From: Eledone cirrhosa
Lineage: Eukaryota
DNA length: 64,000 nucleotides
Reading direction: 5' to 3'
NCBI GenBank assembly: GCA_964016885.1
Contig: OZ024742.1
Span: 350,982,001 to 351,046,000 of the forward strand
Shown: positions 41,598 through 55,915 of the stretch, piece after piece
How the letters are laid out: each line of letters starts with the position of its first letter
Position numbering within the stretch: position 1 is the stretch's first letter
The notes under the pieces: model-generated
Told to the model about the DNA's origin: nothing
The model's database searches: none
What the model saw: the letters and a program-made list of their open reading frames with translations, nothing else
Made by a program: the position numbers and the translations under genes

Positions 41598-43063
41598 CGC
41601 CCAGGCATATTGTATATAAGGTTATACATATTTGATGTGAGAAGACGAAACGTATTAGAAAGGTTTATCGTTTGAACTATATTTTGTGTGAGGCTTTGGT
41701 AATCTACGGTTCTCGATTCAGGTAAATATTCAGGGGAAAATGCTTGTAAAATTATCGTCGGCACAATATACAATATGTGACCAGTGAACGCATGTCATTT
41801 CACAAACAGAGAACTCAAATTGATATATTGTACTCCGCTTCTGAATATATCATTCGAATATTTCTTGGATGGTCGCATATCTCATTGGATAAACAGGGTG
41901 ATATAGATTTAACCTTACATTAGGAAGGACGATCCTCTAAAGGTGTAAAACAGAAGCTACTGTTTGATGAAATACAACCATTATATGGTTATCAACAAAT
42001 ACATCATATCCATCATTCCTGTACTTGCCAAAATGCCGATCTGTGTAATTGGTGAAGCTTAGAAGAAAATTTATTCTACCAGAACCAAATATGTGTTGAA
42101 CATCCATCGGTTCCAACAGCCGGTGTTCTAGTTCAGTTGATCAACTGGAACAAAATGCAAGGAAGGTCTACATGTAAGTGGTCCAGATTTCCTCATTTGC
42201 GTATGAATTAAAACAGTTCTTAAGGAGAATATGAATGATATATTGTGATACCATGATAACCATTTGAAACAGAGATAGAGCTGAGTAGGCAGGAACACAG
42301 GATTTTATGATGATGTGCCGAACACCATAAACAATACACCACACGGCTTCATATGAAAGCCAGGCAGGACGTTGGAAACCTCAGAAAAGAGAATAATTTC
42401 CCACAGATGATACCGAATGTGGCATAATGCCTTAATTGATTAAGCCTTCGCTTTGATCTAATTACATACACTATAGTTAATTGTCAAACAATAATTGCCT
42501 GTGGTTTGTACATTTATATTGTGTGGATGGTTTGAAAAATAACAGAATATGTCATAAAATGCTGATGTAGACACGACATAATAATCAACACACAAATTAG
42601 TTATGATGTCAAATATTGCGTATATAGACGAAAATAATACATTTCTAGTACTAAAGGATCAATGGAGTATTCGTATTGTTTATTGACGTTTATCTTCTCT
42701 GCCATGTTAATTAGGTTTCGCGTCGGATTAATATCGTCCTTTTTTCTTTAACCGAGCCTTCCATTCTTATTATTAATTAAATAGTTTTATTTATTTAGAT
42801 AACATCATTTTCCTTGTCTGCGTAATCTAATGCTAAGTATTTGTATGCAAGTATATGACCAGACTTTAGCTTCTAAAAATATTCCATTTATACTTTCCAA
42901 TATATCAAGTTATATATATCAAGAACTCGATATTTTGTATTGTATTATCTCTCTTATATATATATATACATATATATATATTATATTATTATATTATATA
43001 ATATAAATATATGTATCTACCTGACATCAATCAATTAGTCTGTCAGTTTATCTATTTTCCTAT

Positions 43064-43293
43064 CTATGTATCTATGCTGCATATATATAAATATATATCT
43101 ATATATAATGCGTGAGAGGTAGGGCCATAAATAACGACGAAGGTAGAGATATAGATGGACCATAAAACCCAGATGTTTCCTAGTAGAATCAATGATGTTT
43201 GGTAAAATTGGATGAAGCCACGTAGAGAGAAAGTGTCGCAAGCGTCGAGATCTCCATTCGACAACTGACGACTGGAATATCCCACAGGACAAG
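43064..43293 (-). CDS. Candidate terminal exon of an unidentified host gene (Cys motif followed by a hydrophobic tail)
   Basis: Acceptor cttctttttatatatacag. Phase-1 frame reads xCPVGYSSRQLSNGDLDACDTFSLRGFIQFYQTSLILLGNIWVLWSIY... Confidence 0.4.
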
Positions 43294-44568
43294 CTGTATA
43301 TATAAAAAGAAGTATATGTATCAATATAGATTCTGATGTAAAACTGCCTATAAAAGCTATAATGATATTACATTGTAAGATGAGTTTAAACTACTGTTTT
43401 ATATTAATCCATCCCATTTTCAACATAAAGGTTATTGCCTTTTATTTTTATTTCATTACTTCCTAGTACATGGGGATTTATATACAAATTCTTTCTCTTA
43501 TTTAATCACTGTTATGCATGGCCAGTAACCTCGACGAAACTTCGAAATTAATAATCTCTCTTAACAACAAATATTATATTGAATCTATTCGCAGAGTAAA
43601 GTTTCTACATACTTACAAATTGCATTCATTCCACCTCCCCAGGTAACAATCACATGGGTATTGAGATACATGTATATGTATACAGACAAATATAGTCTAT
43701 ATATATATTTCATATTTTCCTCTTTTATATCTTGATATATAATGTTTTCTATAAGATTCCTAATAATTTTAAACTTGATTATCAGCGTTGCGTTATATAT
43801 ATTTTTGAGTCTTGAGTCAACGCTAAAAAGCATATTTAATTGTTGCTGCAAGACAATATTCTCTAATTTTTCCAAAGGAATTCCAAATTGTAGGAAACCT
43901 ATATGACTAAAATGTGCTTCGCATGTACAATTAACTCTACACTGGATTAAATTAAAAACACATTTTTATTGATTTTGAAAGAAAACGTTAATATATATAT
44001 TAAAAATATATGCTACAAAACTTGCAATCATCTCGAAGATAGGAAATAAGAGGGAGTTTCATTTCTGAATTCCAAATAATACTCCATCATTTCCATAAAG
44101 GAACCTGTCAAATAATCAATTGTGAAAACAATACATTATTCCATTTCTAATTCTTATCTATTTGCTCTCTTTGATATTGATCAGCAAATAACATCTCTCT
44201 CATGGCTGTCCTGACACATCTTCAGTGATGCCATATATATAGTTATACTGTCCAGTATGTTCTTTGCCGTTTAAGGTGATAGAACAAAATTTGAGAATTC
44301 GTCAGACGTTCATAATTTCTTTAAGTAGAGAACCATTATTTCTTATATGTTTGATACCTTGCCAATATTGTGCAAGAAATTTGTAATTTACACATTTGCT
44401 GCACTTAATAGCCGATATGAAATAATTATTAAAATCTAACGTACACTGTATATAACCGAGCTTGTGCCACTTCTAATGGCTACTGTGTATATTTTCTAGA
44501 CAACTGTACGTATTTGTTTCCGAATTTTAAATTGTGAGGTCATTCATTAAAAGAAATAGGCCGTGTCA

Positions 44569-45436
44569 TTTCTCATATGTATAGGCATGAAACCAAACAA
44601 ATGCATTCATCTACACAAGCATACGTATCTACATCGATGTGTGTCTTTAAACATGCTCACAAATATAAATTAAATATAAATTCTAAGGAATATTTGTCAC
44701 TACAGTGCGCTACATATGCTGTAAATATAGTTTATGACTACTCCCTTCCTCTTCCACACTTTAATTTCATTGCGGCTGCCAACTAGTCTAGCATTAAAGT
44801 CGTTTACCCTTGAAAATCTATAGGAGTAAACAAAGAACCCAGGTGTGTAAAGTTGATGCAATAAAGTTACGATATAATTTCAATTCATAGACAATAGCCC
44901 ACCGTTCCATTGCGCGTTTTCTAAGCCGTTAAACCTTCTCCTCAATATGGGCAGTTCATTATGTAAGCTGTAGTGCATAAGAAGATTCTGTATAGTTGAT
45001 CCCACAAATCAATACGTACATCATATATGTCTGACATCATCTTCTAATACTTCGATGTCATTACTGGAGTGTCCCATTTACAATAAGGCCCTTTGTTATG
45101 CTGTGTCTAATATATTCTATACACCCAAACGTTTGCGATACTCAATATCATATATTCATATAGATAATTATGTATATGTTCTCATAATTGAAATCACAAG
45201 ACGGAACGAAATTATATATATATATATATATATGCAGTGAAATTAAAGTGTTTGCAAGAGGAAGGGAGTAGTCATAAACTATATTAACAGTATATGTAGC
45301 GCACTGTAGTGCCAGATATTCCTTAGAATTTATATTTAATTTATATTTGTGAGCATGTTTAAAGACGCATATCGATGTAGAAACGTATGCCTGTGTAGAT
45401 GCATGATTTGTGTTGTTTCATGCCTATACATATGAG

Positions 45437-45440
<4 letters not shown>
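44569..45440. mobile_element. Element with ~205-bp diverged inverted arms (44569-44773 / 45234-45440)
   Basis: The arms are reverse complements by eye. The right end abuts (TA)n. No HHR recognised. Confidence 0.75.
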
Positions 45441-45479
<39 letters not shown>

Positions 45480-45832
45480 AGAGTGTTGAAGTTTGCTTGA
45501 AGCATTGTGGAATAATAAAATTGGCCGTTATGGAAGCCTCAGCAATGCATATGGGTAAATCCCCGCGTAACAGAATAGGGTGGTAATGAGAGAGATGTAG
45601 AATGAGACGTATAGGGCGTAGAGGATCATAGGAAAGCGTTTAAAAATAATAACACGAGATAGCGTTACTTTGGAAGTGATTTAATTGTCCCTACATTTCG
45701 GATTTCGCATCTATCAACTGGGGTTTTACGAGGGGGAAAGTTATTAGTCGTAGACGAATAACACGGGACCTCTATTGTCTACCGTGTGTGTACAACTGAA
45801 CGTGTGTTCAGTTGTACACACACGGTACACAG

Positions 45833-45897
<65 letters not shown>

Positions 45898-45910
45898 TAT
45901 ATATATATAA

Positions 45911-45985
<75 letters not shown>

Positions 45986-45990
45986 CATAT

Positions 45991-46047
<57 letters not shown>

Positions 46048-46048
46048 C

Positions 46049-46603
<555 letters not shown>

Positions 46604-46604
46604 A

Positions 46605-46685
<81 letters not shown>

Positions 46686-46729
46686 CATATATACATACAT
46701 ACATACATATATATATATAACGAAGGAAA

Positions 46730-48256
46730 TGTGGTAAGGAACCAGGTGGACCATAACGCACCAAAGTACTCAATACGTAGGGTAGTAGATTGGGTAATAG
46801 GAACGAGTAGGACCCCGACGGCTGAGCTCAAGCCATTTCGACGGCTAATTCTGGACTAAATGAAAATGTTTATCCTGTTATATGAATAGCCGAGCTTCTC
46901 AGGGGTTCATTCCCTATATGGTGAAAGTGATTTTCACAAGGATTGGTCAAAAGTTTGTTGTTGAGACACATAATTCTGTCATGGCAATTTGTGGAAGGAA
47001 GGGGTAGCTGAACCTGCCAGTAGAAGAAATATGGAGAGGGGGTGGAGGAAACCCAGTCGTGCGTTGATAGTGCCAACTACAGAAGGGCAGGAGGTCAAGG
47101 AAGTATACTAGGGAGGGGGAGGGGGGAGGAAGTCGAAACAATAAGTAAAACAATATGGGCTAAATATATAGAAAAATACCGAGAATGTTAAAAAAACAAT
47201 TAAATATAAAAAAAACAAAAAAAAACAATTTCTGGTTACTATAACCAAAGGACAGCTATCAGGTCTCTGACTGGTACTGCTAGACTAAAGAGAGGTTTAC
47301 TAGGTGGGACGGAATTATAACGAGACCCTTTTAAGAGGTATTAGTAATCAACCGAGTATATCTTATGGTGAAGGGTCAACAAGTGGGGGGCCAAAATACT
47401 AAAGAAACTACCACGAAATAATAATTCAGAGTCCCGAGACTAATACGAAATAATCGTTTCTACCCTAGGCACGCGGCCAGCAACCACCCAGTGCAAAAAA
47501 TAAACTAATACGAAATAATAATTCAGAGTCCCGAAAAAGAATACTAATACTATCTCTAAGGTTGCCGCTAGGATACAAAAATTCTAGTGCAAAATACATA
47601 AATGCTCGTACGAAGTATATGACAAATTTGATACGGAAAATTTATTCAGAATCACCCCCCCCCCCCCCCCAAAAAAAAAATACTGATATACGAGAAATTA
47701 AAGCAAAGATACCACTAAGAAATGTAGAAAGCGCGGAAAAGTATCCGGCGTCTATCACATCTGCTATAAAAAGCGGAGTCGGCCAATTCTATCATAGAAT
47801 AGGGGAAGGGGGTGGGGGTACTGAGGCTACCTGATAGCTGTCCTTTTTTTCATATTTAATTGTTTTTTTAACATTCCCGTTATTTTTCTATATATTTACC
47901 CCATATTGTTTTACTTATTGTTTCGACTTCCTCCCCCTCCGCCTCCCTAGTATACTTCCTTGACCTCCTGCCCTGTTGTAGTTGGCACTATCAACGCACC
48001 ACTGGGTTTCTTCCACCCCTTCTCCCTCTTTCTTCTACTGGCAGGTTCAGCTACCCCTTCCTTCCACAAATTGCCATGACAGAATGATGTGTCTCAACAA
48101 CAAACATTTGACCAATCCTTGTGACAATCACTTTTACCATATATGGAATTACCCCCTGAGAAGCTCGGCTATTCATATACCAGGATAAACATTTTCATTT
48201 AGTCCAGAATTAGCCGTCGAAACGGCTTGAACTCAGCCGTCGGTGTCCTACTCGTT

Positions 48257-48260
<4 letters not shown>
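46730..48260. mobile_element. Family E fold-back element; arms ~46797-47285 and ~47825-48260, each with an HHR-like motif
   Basis: ACCC-CUGAGAA-GCUCGGCUA...UAGCCGUC-GAAA-CGGC(UUGAACUCA)GCCG-UC-GG at 48151-48245 (+) and 46811-46906 (-). Confidence 0.85.
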
Positions 48261-48322
<62 letters not shown>

Positions 48323-48729
48323 TGTATGTATATATATATATCACAGAAAAAAAGAGAATCAGTGTTGCGACGATTGAAATTTATTGGACATATTCCAATC
48401 GTTTCTCTGGCGACCAGCTCGAGGCATGATCGATGTGATAATCGAACCCGACTCTGAAAATCGCAAGGTCCTCAGATCCGTCTTGATTCTACGGAGCAGA
48501 TTTTCCTATTTCCATTTACATAGATATACTTCGCTTGTCGGCTTAGATCCTGTTGTCATTCTATGAGTGGTCAAGTAGTGTACACATCATCGGTATTTCT
48601 AGCCACTCATGGTTGTCCACTATTTGGTTCTTTTCATTCTCCACCTGTCAATCAAATTTGTTTCTTAGGGCGGAATTACTACTGTAGTGGGTAAGGTGTT
48701 TCTGTTTGGAATGTAACCTTATATAAGAA

Positions 48730-48804
48730 GCTGCCTGATGATGCCATGGCACTGGGTACATGGACTCGCGTGGTCACTGCCATCATTGAAATATATATCA
48801 CAGC
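48730..48804 (+). ncRNA. Type I HHR (family K)
   Basis: GCUGC-CUGAUGA-[UGGCA...UGCCA]-GAAA-UAUAUA-UC-ACAGC, followed by AATAAA. Stem III is palindromic; one mismatch at the base of stem I. Confidence 0.7.
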
Positions 48805-48930
48805 ATTACCAATAAAGGACTTTAACATCTGAATCTACTTCGAATTTTCTCATTCTAAATATAATCTGTTTTCCTATGTGGAAAAACTACGTTGAGTCTT
48901 TGAATTGAATTGCATCAATATTTTCCGTAA

Positions 48931-49003
<73 letters not shown>

Positions 49004-49008
<5 letters not shown>

Positions 49009-50085
49009 TATGAAGAGAGAAGGAACATTTAGATATAATTAGTAATAAAATGTATCATACCTAAACTGCTCCTAGATTCCTCGACTACGTAGTTTCGTGG
49101 CATAAACAAAAACAGTACATCATAAAGATATAGAGCCCTTGCGAGGTCTGCCGACTTATCAAGAGGATACCTCATTTTATAGCTTCAAGAACGCGTCTAC
49201 ACGACGTGAGAAAGAATCCCAAAAGGCGGAGGGGGAGATAGTCACGCGATATAACGGTCGAGAAACAGAGCTAAGCCTCTTATAACCTCGAAGAAAATAC
49301 CACGGAGGCGGAGGGGGTATTTATATCGAAGCCGTAGAAGAGGTGCTAAAGGAGGCGAGAAGTATGAGTAATGGCAGCTTTCCAGCAGTCACTACACTTC
49401 AAAGATTACTCGACCAGAGGGAGTTATGAACAATATATTTAGAAACACACAGATACATGCGGACACACACATATACATGAATGCATCCACATCCAACCGT
49501 GAGTCAATGGTGCCAACCCTACCGATGTTGCTCAATGAATGACTTGGACAGACTAATCGGGTTGAACCAGACTGAACCAGTATCAGAGTTAAAAATACAT
49601 TATGAAGAGAGAAGGAACATTTAGATATAATTAGTAATACAATGTATCATACCTAAACTGCTCCTAGATTCCTCGACTACGTAGTTTCGGAGGTTATAAG
49701 AGGCTTAGCTCTGTTTCTCGACCGTTATATCGCGTGACTATCTTCCCCTCCGCCTTTTGGGATTCTTTTTCACGTCGTGTAGACGCGTTCTTGAAGCTAT
49801 AAAATGAGGTATCCTCTTGATAAGTCGGCAGACCTCGCAAGGGCTCTATATCTTTATGATGTACTGTTTTTGTTTATGCCACAAAACTACGTAGTCGAGG
49901 AATCTAGGAGCAGTTTAGGTATGATATATTTTTAACTCTGATACTGGTTCAGTCTGGTTCAACCGGATTAGTCTGTCCCAGTCATTCATTGAGCAACATC
50001 GGTAGGGCTGGCACCATTGACTCACGGTTGGATGTGGATGCATTCATGTATATGTGTGTGTCCGCATGTATCTGTGTGTTTCTAA
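49004..50085 (-). mobile_element. ORF-less element (family F): ~592-bp unit, partial tandem, inverted segment
   Basis: ATACATTATGAAGAGAGAAGG at 49004 and 49596. 49690-50085 is the reverse complement of parts of the unit. Flanked by (TA)n. Confidence 0.88.
49078..49167 (-). ncRNA. Type I HHR with U3-A8 core (family F)
   Basis: Minus strand: UCCUC-UUGAUAA-GUCGGCA...UGCCAC-GAAA-CUACGUAG-UC-GAGGA. The inverted copy at 49812-49901 has AAAA in place of GAAA. Confidence 0.85.
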
Positions 50086-50098
50086 ATTCTAAATATAT

Positions 50099-50142
<44 letters not shown>

Positions 50143-50179
50143 AAAAAAAATGTTCGCTCTACATGGCTGAATACAATAA

Positions 50180-50546
50180 ATGTAACCTGAGTTTTTCGAA
50201 TATTAATAATAACATTCGATTCGTTCGCAATTATGCAAACAACCCTCATTTTTAAAGCCATGTCAGTAGAATGAACCTTTCATTCATTTCTCTTGTGATG
50301 GCATGTAAACTGTAGACATTAATGTTTCTGTATATTTTAGAAAATAGCATATAGTTTCACTAGCTGAGAGTTGGCAGGTGAACAGTGAGCTGTTGATACC
50401 CAGAAACATTAGCGTCTGCAGTTCTGTTTACATGCCAACACAAGAGCAAACACGAAGGGTTCATTCTACTGACATGGCTTTAAAGATGAGGCTTGTTTGC
50501 AAACGAATCGAATGTTATTATCAATATTCGAAAAGCTCAGATTACA
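50180..50546. mobile_element. Diverged fold-back element (arms ~50180-50330 / 50401-50546)
   Basis: Reverse-complement arms, flanked by (TA)n. The end CGAAAAGCTCAG resembles the 3' half of an HHR. Confidence 0.7.
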
Positions 50547-50555
50547 TATATTATA

Positions 50556-50626
<71 letters not shown>

Positions 50627-50653
50627 TATATATAATATATATATATATAATAT

Positions 50654-50720
<67 letters not shown>

Positions 50721-50762
50721 TATATATAATATATATATATATAATATATATATATATAATAT

Positions 50763-50876
<114 letters not shown>

Positions 50877-51360
50877 CAACATTTGAATTTCATCCACCAA
50901 AGCCGGGGGTTACCTCCCTTTGGAAAAACCATGTGACCGCCAGCAGTCTTACTGCTATAACTCACACTCGAACGCGGCATTGAACGGAAACCTGTTCAGA
51001 AAGTGAACCCACTGTTCGATCATCCAAAATCAATAGCTTGCATACCCCGCAAGTGAATTTGTTAATTTCGATTTTTACAGAAACCTACCGGAGATATTGC
51101 CTAATATCGACGGGATGGTTTGTCAAATTATCCTGAGTTGGTGTTAACGGTGGTTTGGTAATTGCGGCTGTCTCACTGTCGCAATCTTCAATTTGTCAAG
51201 CTGTCTAAAGGCAATGTTATTACTCTAAGGTAAAATACCTTATTGAGTGCTTAGCTGCGCATTCCGATTGCATCCGTTAGCATGGCTGCAACTTCCATTT
51301 GTATATATATATATGATATGCACACAACATATTCAAACTCATTTTCGTTTATAAACTTAC

Positions 51361-51436
51361 ACATATGTCCCTGTCCTTCGACATATCCCTGATTAGTTCT
51401 GCCACACACACAGAATGCCACTTTCAGGTGAGTAAC
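51361..51436 (-). CDS. Candidate internal exon of host gene
   Basis: Donor gtaagt. Frame VTHLKVAFCVCGRTNQGYVEGQGHM ends in phase 1, compatible with the 43293 exon. The acceptor is a weak aag. Confidence 0.3.
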
Positions 51437-51834
51437 CTTATTATAAATAGTAGGAAAATAGAATATTTCAGATAATATTACTGAATGTCGCTCCCAGTTA
51501 TATCTTATTCTAATTGAATGTTAATAGGTGATGTTCTGATATTATGATTACAAATCGAATTTAATAAGATTAATTATTGCAGCCCCTAAGCTATGGCTGC
51601 GCAAAATCTATTATATCTTAAGTAAAACAATTCAGAGAAAACATGCATCAATAATATATATAACCATCTCTATATCCTTGTAAGGGTGGCTAATAAAAGA
51701 TTACATCTCCAATGGTGTAGCTGTTGCAATTATTCATATCTCATTTGTTTCAATACCGAATTATATTTTTTATTACAGCTTATGTCATATGTTAATACGC
51801 CACTTTGTTTATATACACTCATACAAAATACATA

Positions 51835-52317
<483 letters not shown>

Positions 52318-52324
52318 TATATAT

Positions 52325-55055
52325 ATATATATATATTTATTAAATAACAGATTAAAGTTTAAGCAAAGAATCTCAACTTTCACCCTTAACGGGATATTCT
52401 GAAACTATCAAAGTCAATCTGTAAACGCAGAACTGGATATTTCAAAAAACGTTGCAACCGGAGGAAGACAGGAAGACGATACTTTGGTTCGTGGTAAAGT
52501 TCGCTGGCAAAGAACGGGAAAAAACGAATAATACGTCATTAATAGGAGCAGTGAAAAACAATTACGCGCAAAGACAGAACCACGTTTATGGTATAAAAGA
52601 GGTCGTAGACTAATGTTCTCTTAGGTGGTGCATAGAGACGTTCTCTGGCAATGAACGAAAAAACGAAGATAATAAGTCATATGTGGAGCGTAGAGAACAA
52701 TAGCACGGAAAAACAAAACCACGTAAAGGGAATAGCAGAAGTCGTAGACTAAAATTCTAACTAGGAGACCAAATGAATCTCCGCTACAGAGTTAAGAACA
52801 AAGTAAATAAATACAATACAGAAGTAATAGAAATAAATAAATACGTACACTCAAACAAATACGTAGATACACAAGCATACGCAAAACCTTACCATAGGTA
52901 TACAAAACTACGCACATATAAATATGTGTGTGTGTGTGTATGCTTGTGTACAAATAAATAAATAATTATATAAACGTATATAAGTAAATAAATACGTATA
53001 TAACAAGCGCACACACATACCTACATATAAATACACGAATGTTCGGAGACGTAAGTCAACTAAAACAAGAAGTACACATATACATAACAATCAAATATAC
53101 GTACGAGAAGGTATACATACCTTCACAAAACATACAGGTAATATATACTTACCTATGCAAATAAGTAAAGGAATAAACAAAACATACTTAGCTCCCACAT
53201 CAAGACGTAAAATATCCACGTATAGATCGTACTATCCGTTAGGGTATAACGTTGGGCTGTAATACAGGAAAGTTTTGTGCAATTTATGTTTACAAGCCGA
53301 AATTGCCTCAGATTTGTTGTTTAAGATGTGGTCTGTGGCGTAGAGTATTTCCAGGGCCTCAGCAGCGCAGAGGTCACACGGTCTTTTATTTCCGTTATAC
53401 GATCTAGCCCTAGCTAGGATCTCCCAGTATAACTTATATTGGGTGTGGTTGTCTTTTAGACTCCAGATATAAGCTGAAAGTGACGTCATATTCCTTCTTA
53501 GAGGGTAACGAAAAGAATGGGTATGCATGTAAAGACGCTGCTTGAAACTATTGGCGGTTAATCCTATGTAGGCCCTACGGGACGTGGGTGTTACAACCTT
53601 ACATTTGTAGACAATGTTACTAGAGAGGCATTTCCCGGATAGGGGGCAATCAGCCCGATTCCTACAATTACAGTTAGTACTAACTACAGGGTTGCACGTG
53701 TTCCTACGGCTAGGTAGTTTAGCTAAATTTGAAGCTGTGATGTTATGTGCAAGTTTAGGAGTCGTAGAGTAAGAAATGTTAATAGTATTTCTATTAGAAA
53801 TGTTACTATATTTATGTGTAGGGGGAAAATGCTTCGTAATAAGGGAAAGGAAGATCTTAGCTAATGGTGTGGCCACCTCCATATTATATGGTGGGATAAA
53901 CCAACAAATGCGACGGGATCTATTTCTTCTAGGTCTATTTTCGTACTCTGTATATGCTACCTTATCGACAAATCCACTTCGAGCAAGAGCTTCATTGTAG
54001 TAGGTGGAATGGTCGTTGAAAATGCGCTCGTTGGTGGAAAGACGGGAAAGCCTCAACGAAACATTTCTTACCAGGTTCTTGGTTATGCTGGCAGGATGGT
54101 TGGAATGCTTGCTTATGTAATTAAGCGTACCATTCGGCTTTCTACACGGGTAATACAACCCATTCAATAAATTGAGGGTAACGTCGAGGTAATTAACGAC
54201 CAAGAGATTGGCCTCAACCAGTATAGAGAGGTTGAAGCCTTTAAAGAAGGCTGTAAGTTCTTTTCTGAACCTGTCGCAAGTACGAGGTCCGCACTTAGTC
54301 ATGGTCAAAATACCATCGTCACGGTACAAACCACCGCCCGCGTTGGGGAATTCGTCCTTGATAGAGAAAAGAAGGAAAAGGCCAATAAGATCAGTAACCT
54401 CCGCAGAGTCACTGGCGCCCATACTCACGTCGAATGGAGTACTATTGGATTTTTTCATCCAAATAGTGTCGTCGAAATTAATCACCGACTTACGGGCATT
54501 AAGGATGACATCAACTTCGAAATGCTTAACCACTGTGAGCGTTTTAGCGAAATTGATAGCTCTAAGGAGAAGTGGTAAAGTGATGGTGGAGTAGTAATTG
54601 TTGATGTCGAATTGGATAACACGGCAATGTTCCTTGTTACGTATGCCGTTGAACCAATCAATCACCGCGAAAGAATTGTTCCACAGTGCGAGAGGGGCTA
54701 AACTTCTAATTTCAGGTATAATTCTATCAAGAATCGTTTTACTAAGTCTACCTAAATCGGATTTCGTAGGGTTAATAAGCCGAATAGAGGGGTTGTTCGG
54801 AAAATTGGATTTGTGATCCTTCAGGGTAAAGTGGGGAGAAATAGGGTCCAGAGGTTCGGTCCGGTCCAGGATGTTGAGATCTGATGTGATTTTAAACCCA
54901 TCGTCGTTGATTTCATTCATGACGCACCGATTAGTTTTACGGTAATCCTTAGTTACAGCATTATGTAGTAGTTGATGGTAAGTACTGCGCTCCACTTGAT
55001 ATATACTGCCAGTTTTGTCGGAATGGACGTGCACGGCGTTAGAATCCTTATACAT
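52325..55055 (-). mobile_element. 5'-truncated Penelope-like element (YRDD / CNCR..CPL..KC type, possibly Nematis-like)
   Basis: ORF plus ~900-bp 3' region, with (TA)n at both ends. Confidence 0.92.
53232..55055 (-). CDS. PLE reverse transcriptase + GIY-YIG endonuclease, uninterrupted 607 aa but lacking the N-terminus
   Basis: SDKTG; IQFDINNYYSTI; VSMGASDSAEVTDLIG; GLYRDDG; NYLDVTL; CNCRNRADCPLSGKC; NIVYKCKV..AYIGLTANSFKQR; CDLCAAE; LNNKSE; CKH. Confidence 0.93.
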   Translation of the reverse strand: MYKDSNAVHVHSDKTGSIYQVERSTYHQLLHNAVTKDYRKTNRCVMNEINDDGFKITSDLNILDRTEPLDPISPHFTLKDHKSNFPNNPSIRLINPTKSDLGRLSKTILDRIIPEIRSLAPLALWNNSFAVIDWFNGIRNKEHCRVIQFDINNYYSTITLPLLLRAINFAKTLTVVKHFEVDVILNARKSVINFDDTIWMKKSNSTPFDVSMGASDSAEVTDLIGLFLLFSIKDEFPNAGGGLYRDDGILTMTKCGPRTCDRFRKELTAFFKGFNLSILVEANLLVVNYLDVTLNLLNGLYYPCRKPNGTLNYISKHSNHPASITKNLVRNVSLRLSRLSTNERIFNDHSTYYNEALARSGFVDKVAYTEYENRPRRNRSRRICWFIPPYNMEVATPLAKIFLSLITKHFPPTHKYSNISNRNTINISYSTTPKLAHNITASNLAKLPSRRNTCNPVVSTNCNCRNRADCPLSGKCLSSNIVYKCKVVTPTSRRAYIGLTANSFKQRLYMHTHSFRYPLRRNMTSLSAYIWSLKDNHTQYKLYWEILARARSYNGNKRPCDLCAAEALEILYATDHILNNKSEAISACKHKLHKTFLYYSPTLYPNG

Positions 55056-55059
55056 ATAT

Positions 55060-55915
55060 ATATTTTATTTTCGTCAACAAATTACTGGCGAAACAGATCA
55101 CTTTGGATTTGTACGTGTGTTATATAGTTATAGAGGTATTTATTTACTCTTTAATTTATATTTTTAATCATCGTGTCTATATTCTGCCTTCCATAGTTTA
55201 TTGATTGCATACACTGGTAGTATTTCCGTTTTATTGATGGCGCACTATCTCTCTCTAGTGTGTTACCATTTCAACATATTGTATTTTAAAGTGCCCAGGA
55301 TTTCCTCTCCTTTGAGCACATTATTTACAGGCTACGGCGAGAGACTATGGATCCGTTAATGTATCGTGATATTTTGCTCCTCATAACAGTTTTTCTCCTC
55401 TCTCTCTGTTTGGTTGAGCACACTTCTCTGAGTGGTTTTGGGCTGCGCTTTCTAGCAGCTCGTCCCTCAGAGGCCACTGGTTCATTACCCTCAAATACGC
55501 TGTGACTTCTCTCTCCCACGTGTAGTTGAACAGCCGCTTTAAAAATTGTCTTAGTGTTGTCTGAAATGTATAGCCTAACACACGCTGATGAACCTGGGTT
55601 ATTTTATTTCCGTCAACAACTTACTTGTGAAACAGATCACTTTGGATTTGTACTTGTCTTATATAGTTATAGAGATATTTATTTACGTTTTAATTTATAT
55701 TTTTAATTATCGTGTCTATATTATGCCTTCCATAGTTTATAGATTCCATACACTGGTGGTTTTTTCCCTGTTTTATTGATGGCGCACTGTATCTCTCTCT
55801 AGTGTGTTACCTTTTCAACATATTGTATTTTAAAGTGCCCAGGATTTCCTCTCTTTTGAGCACACTATTTACATGGAACGGCGAGAGCCTATGACTCCGT
55901 TAATGTATCGTGATA
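55060..55915. mobile_element. ORF-less partial tandem (~540-bp unit), retrozyme-like
   Basis: 55060-55372 is repeated at 55600-55913. Flanked by (TA)n. Weak HHR-like CUGAUGA..GAAACAGAUC at ~55585-55640. Confidence 0.65.
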
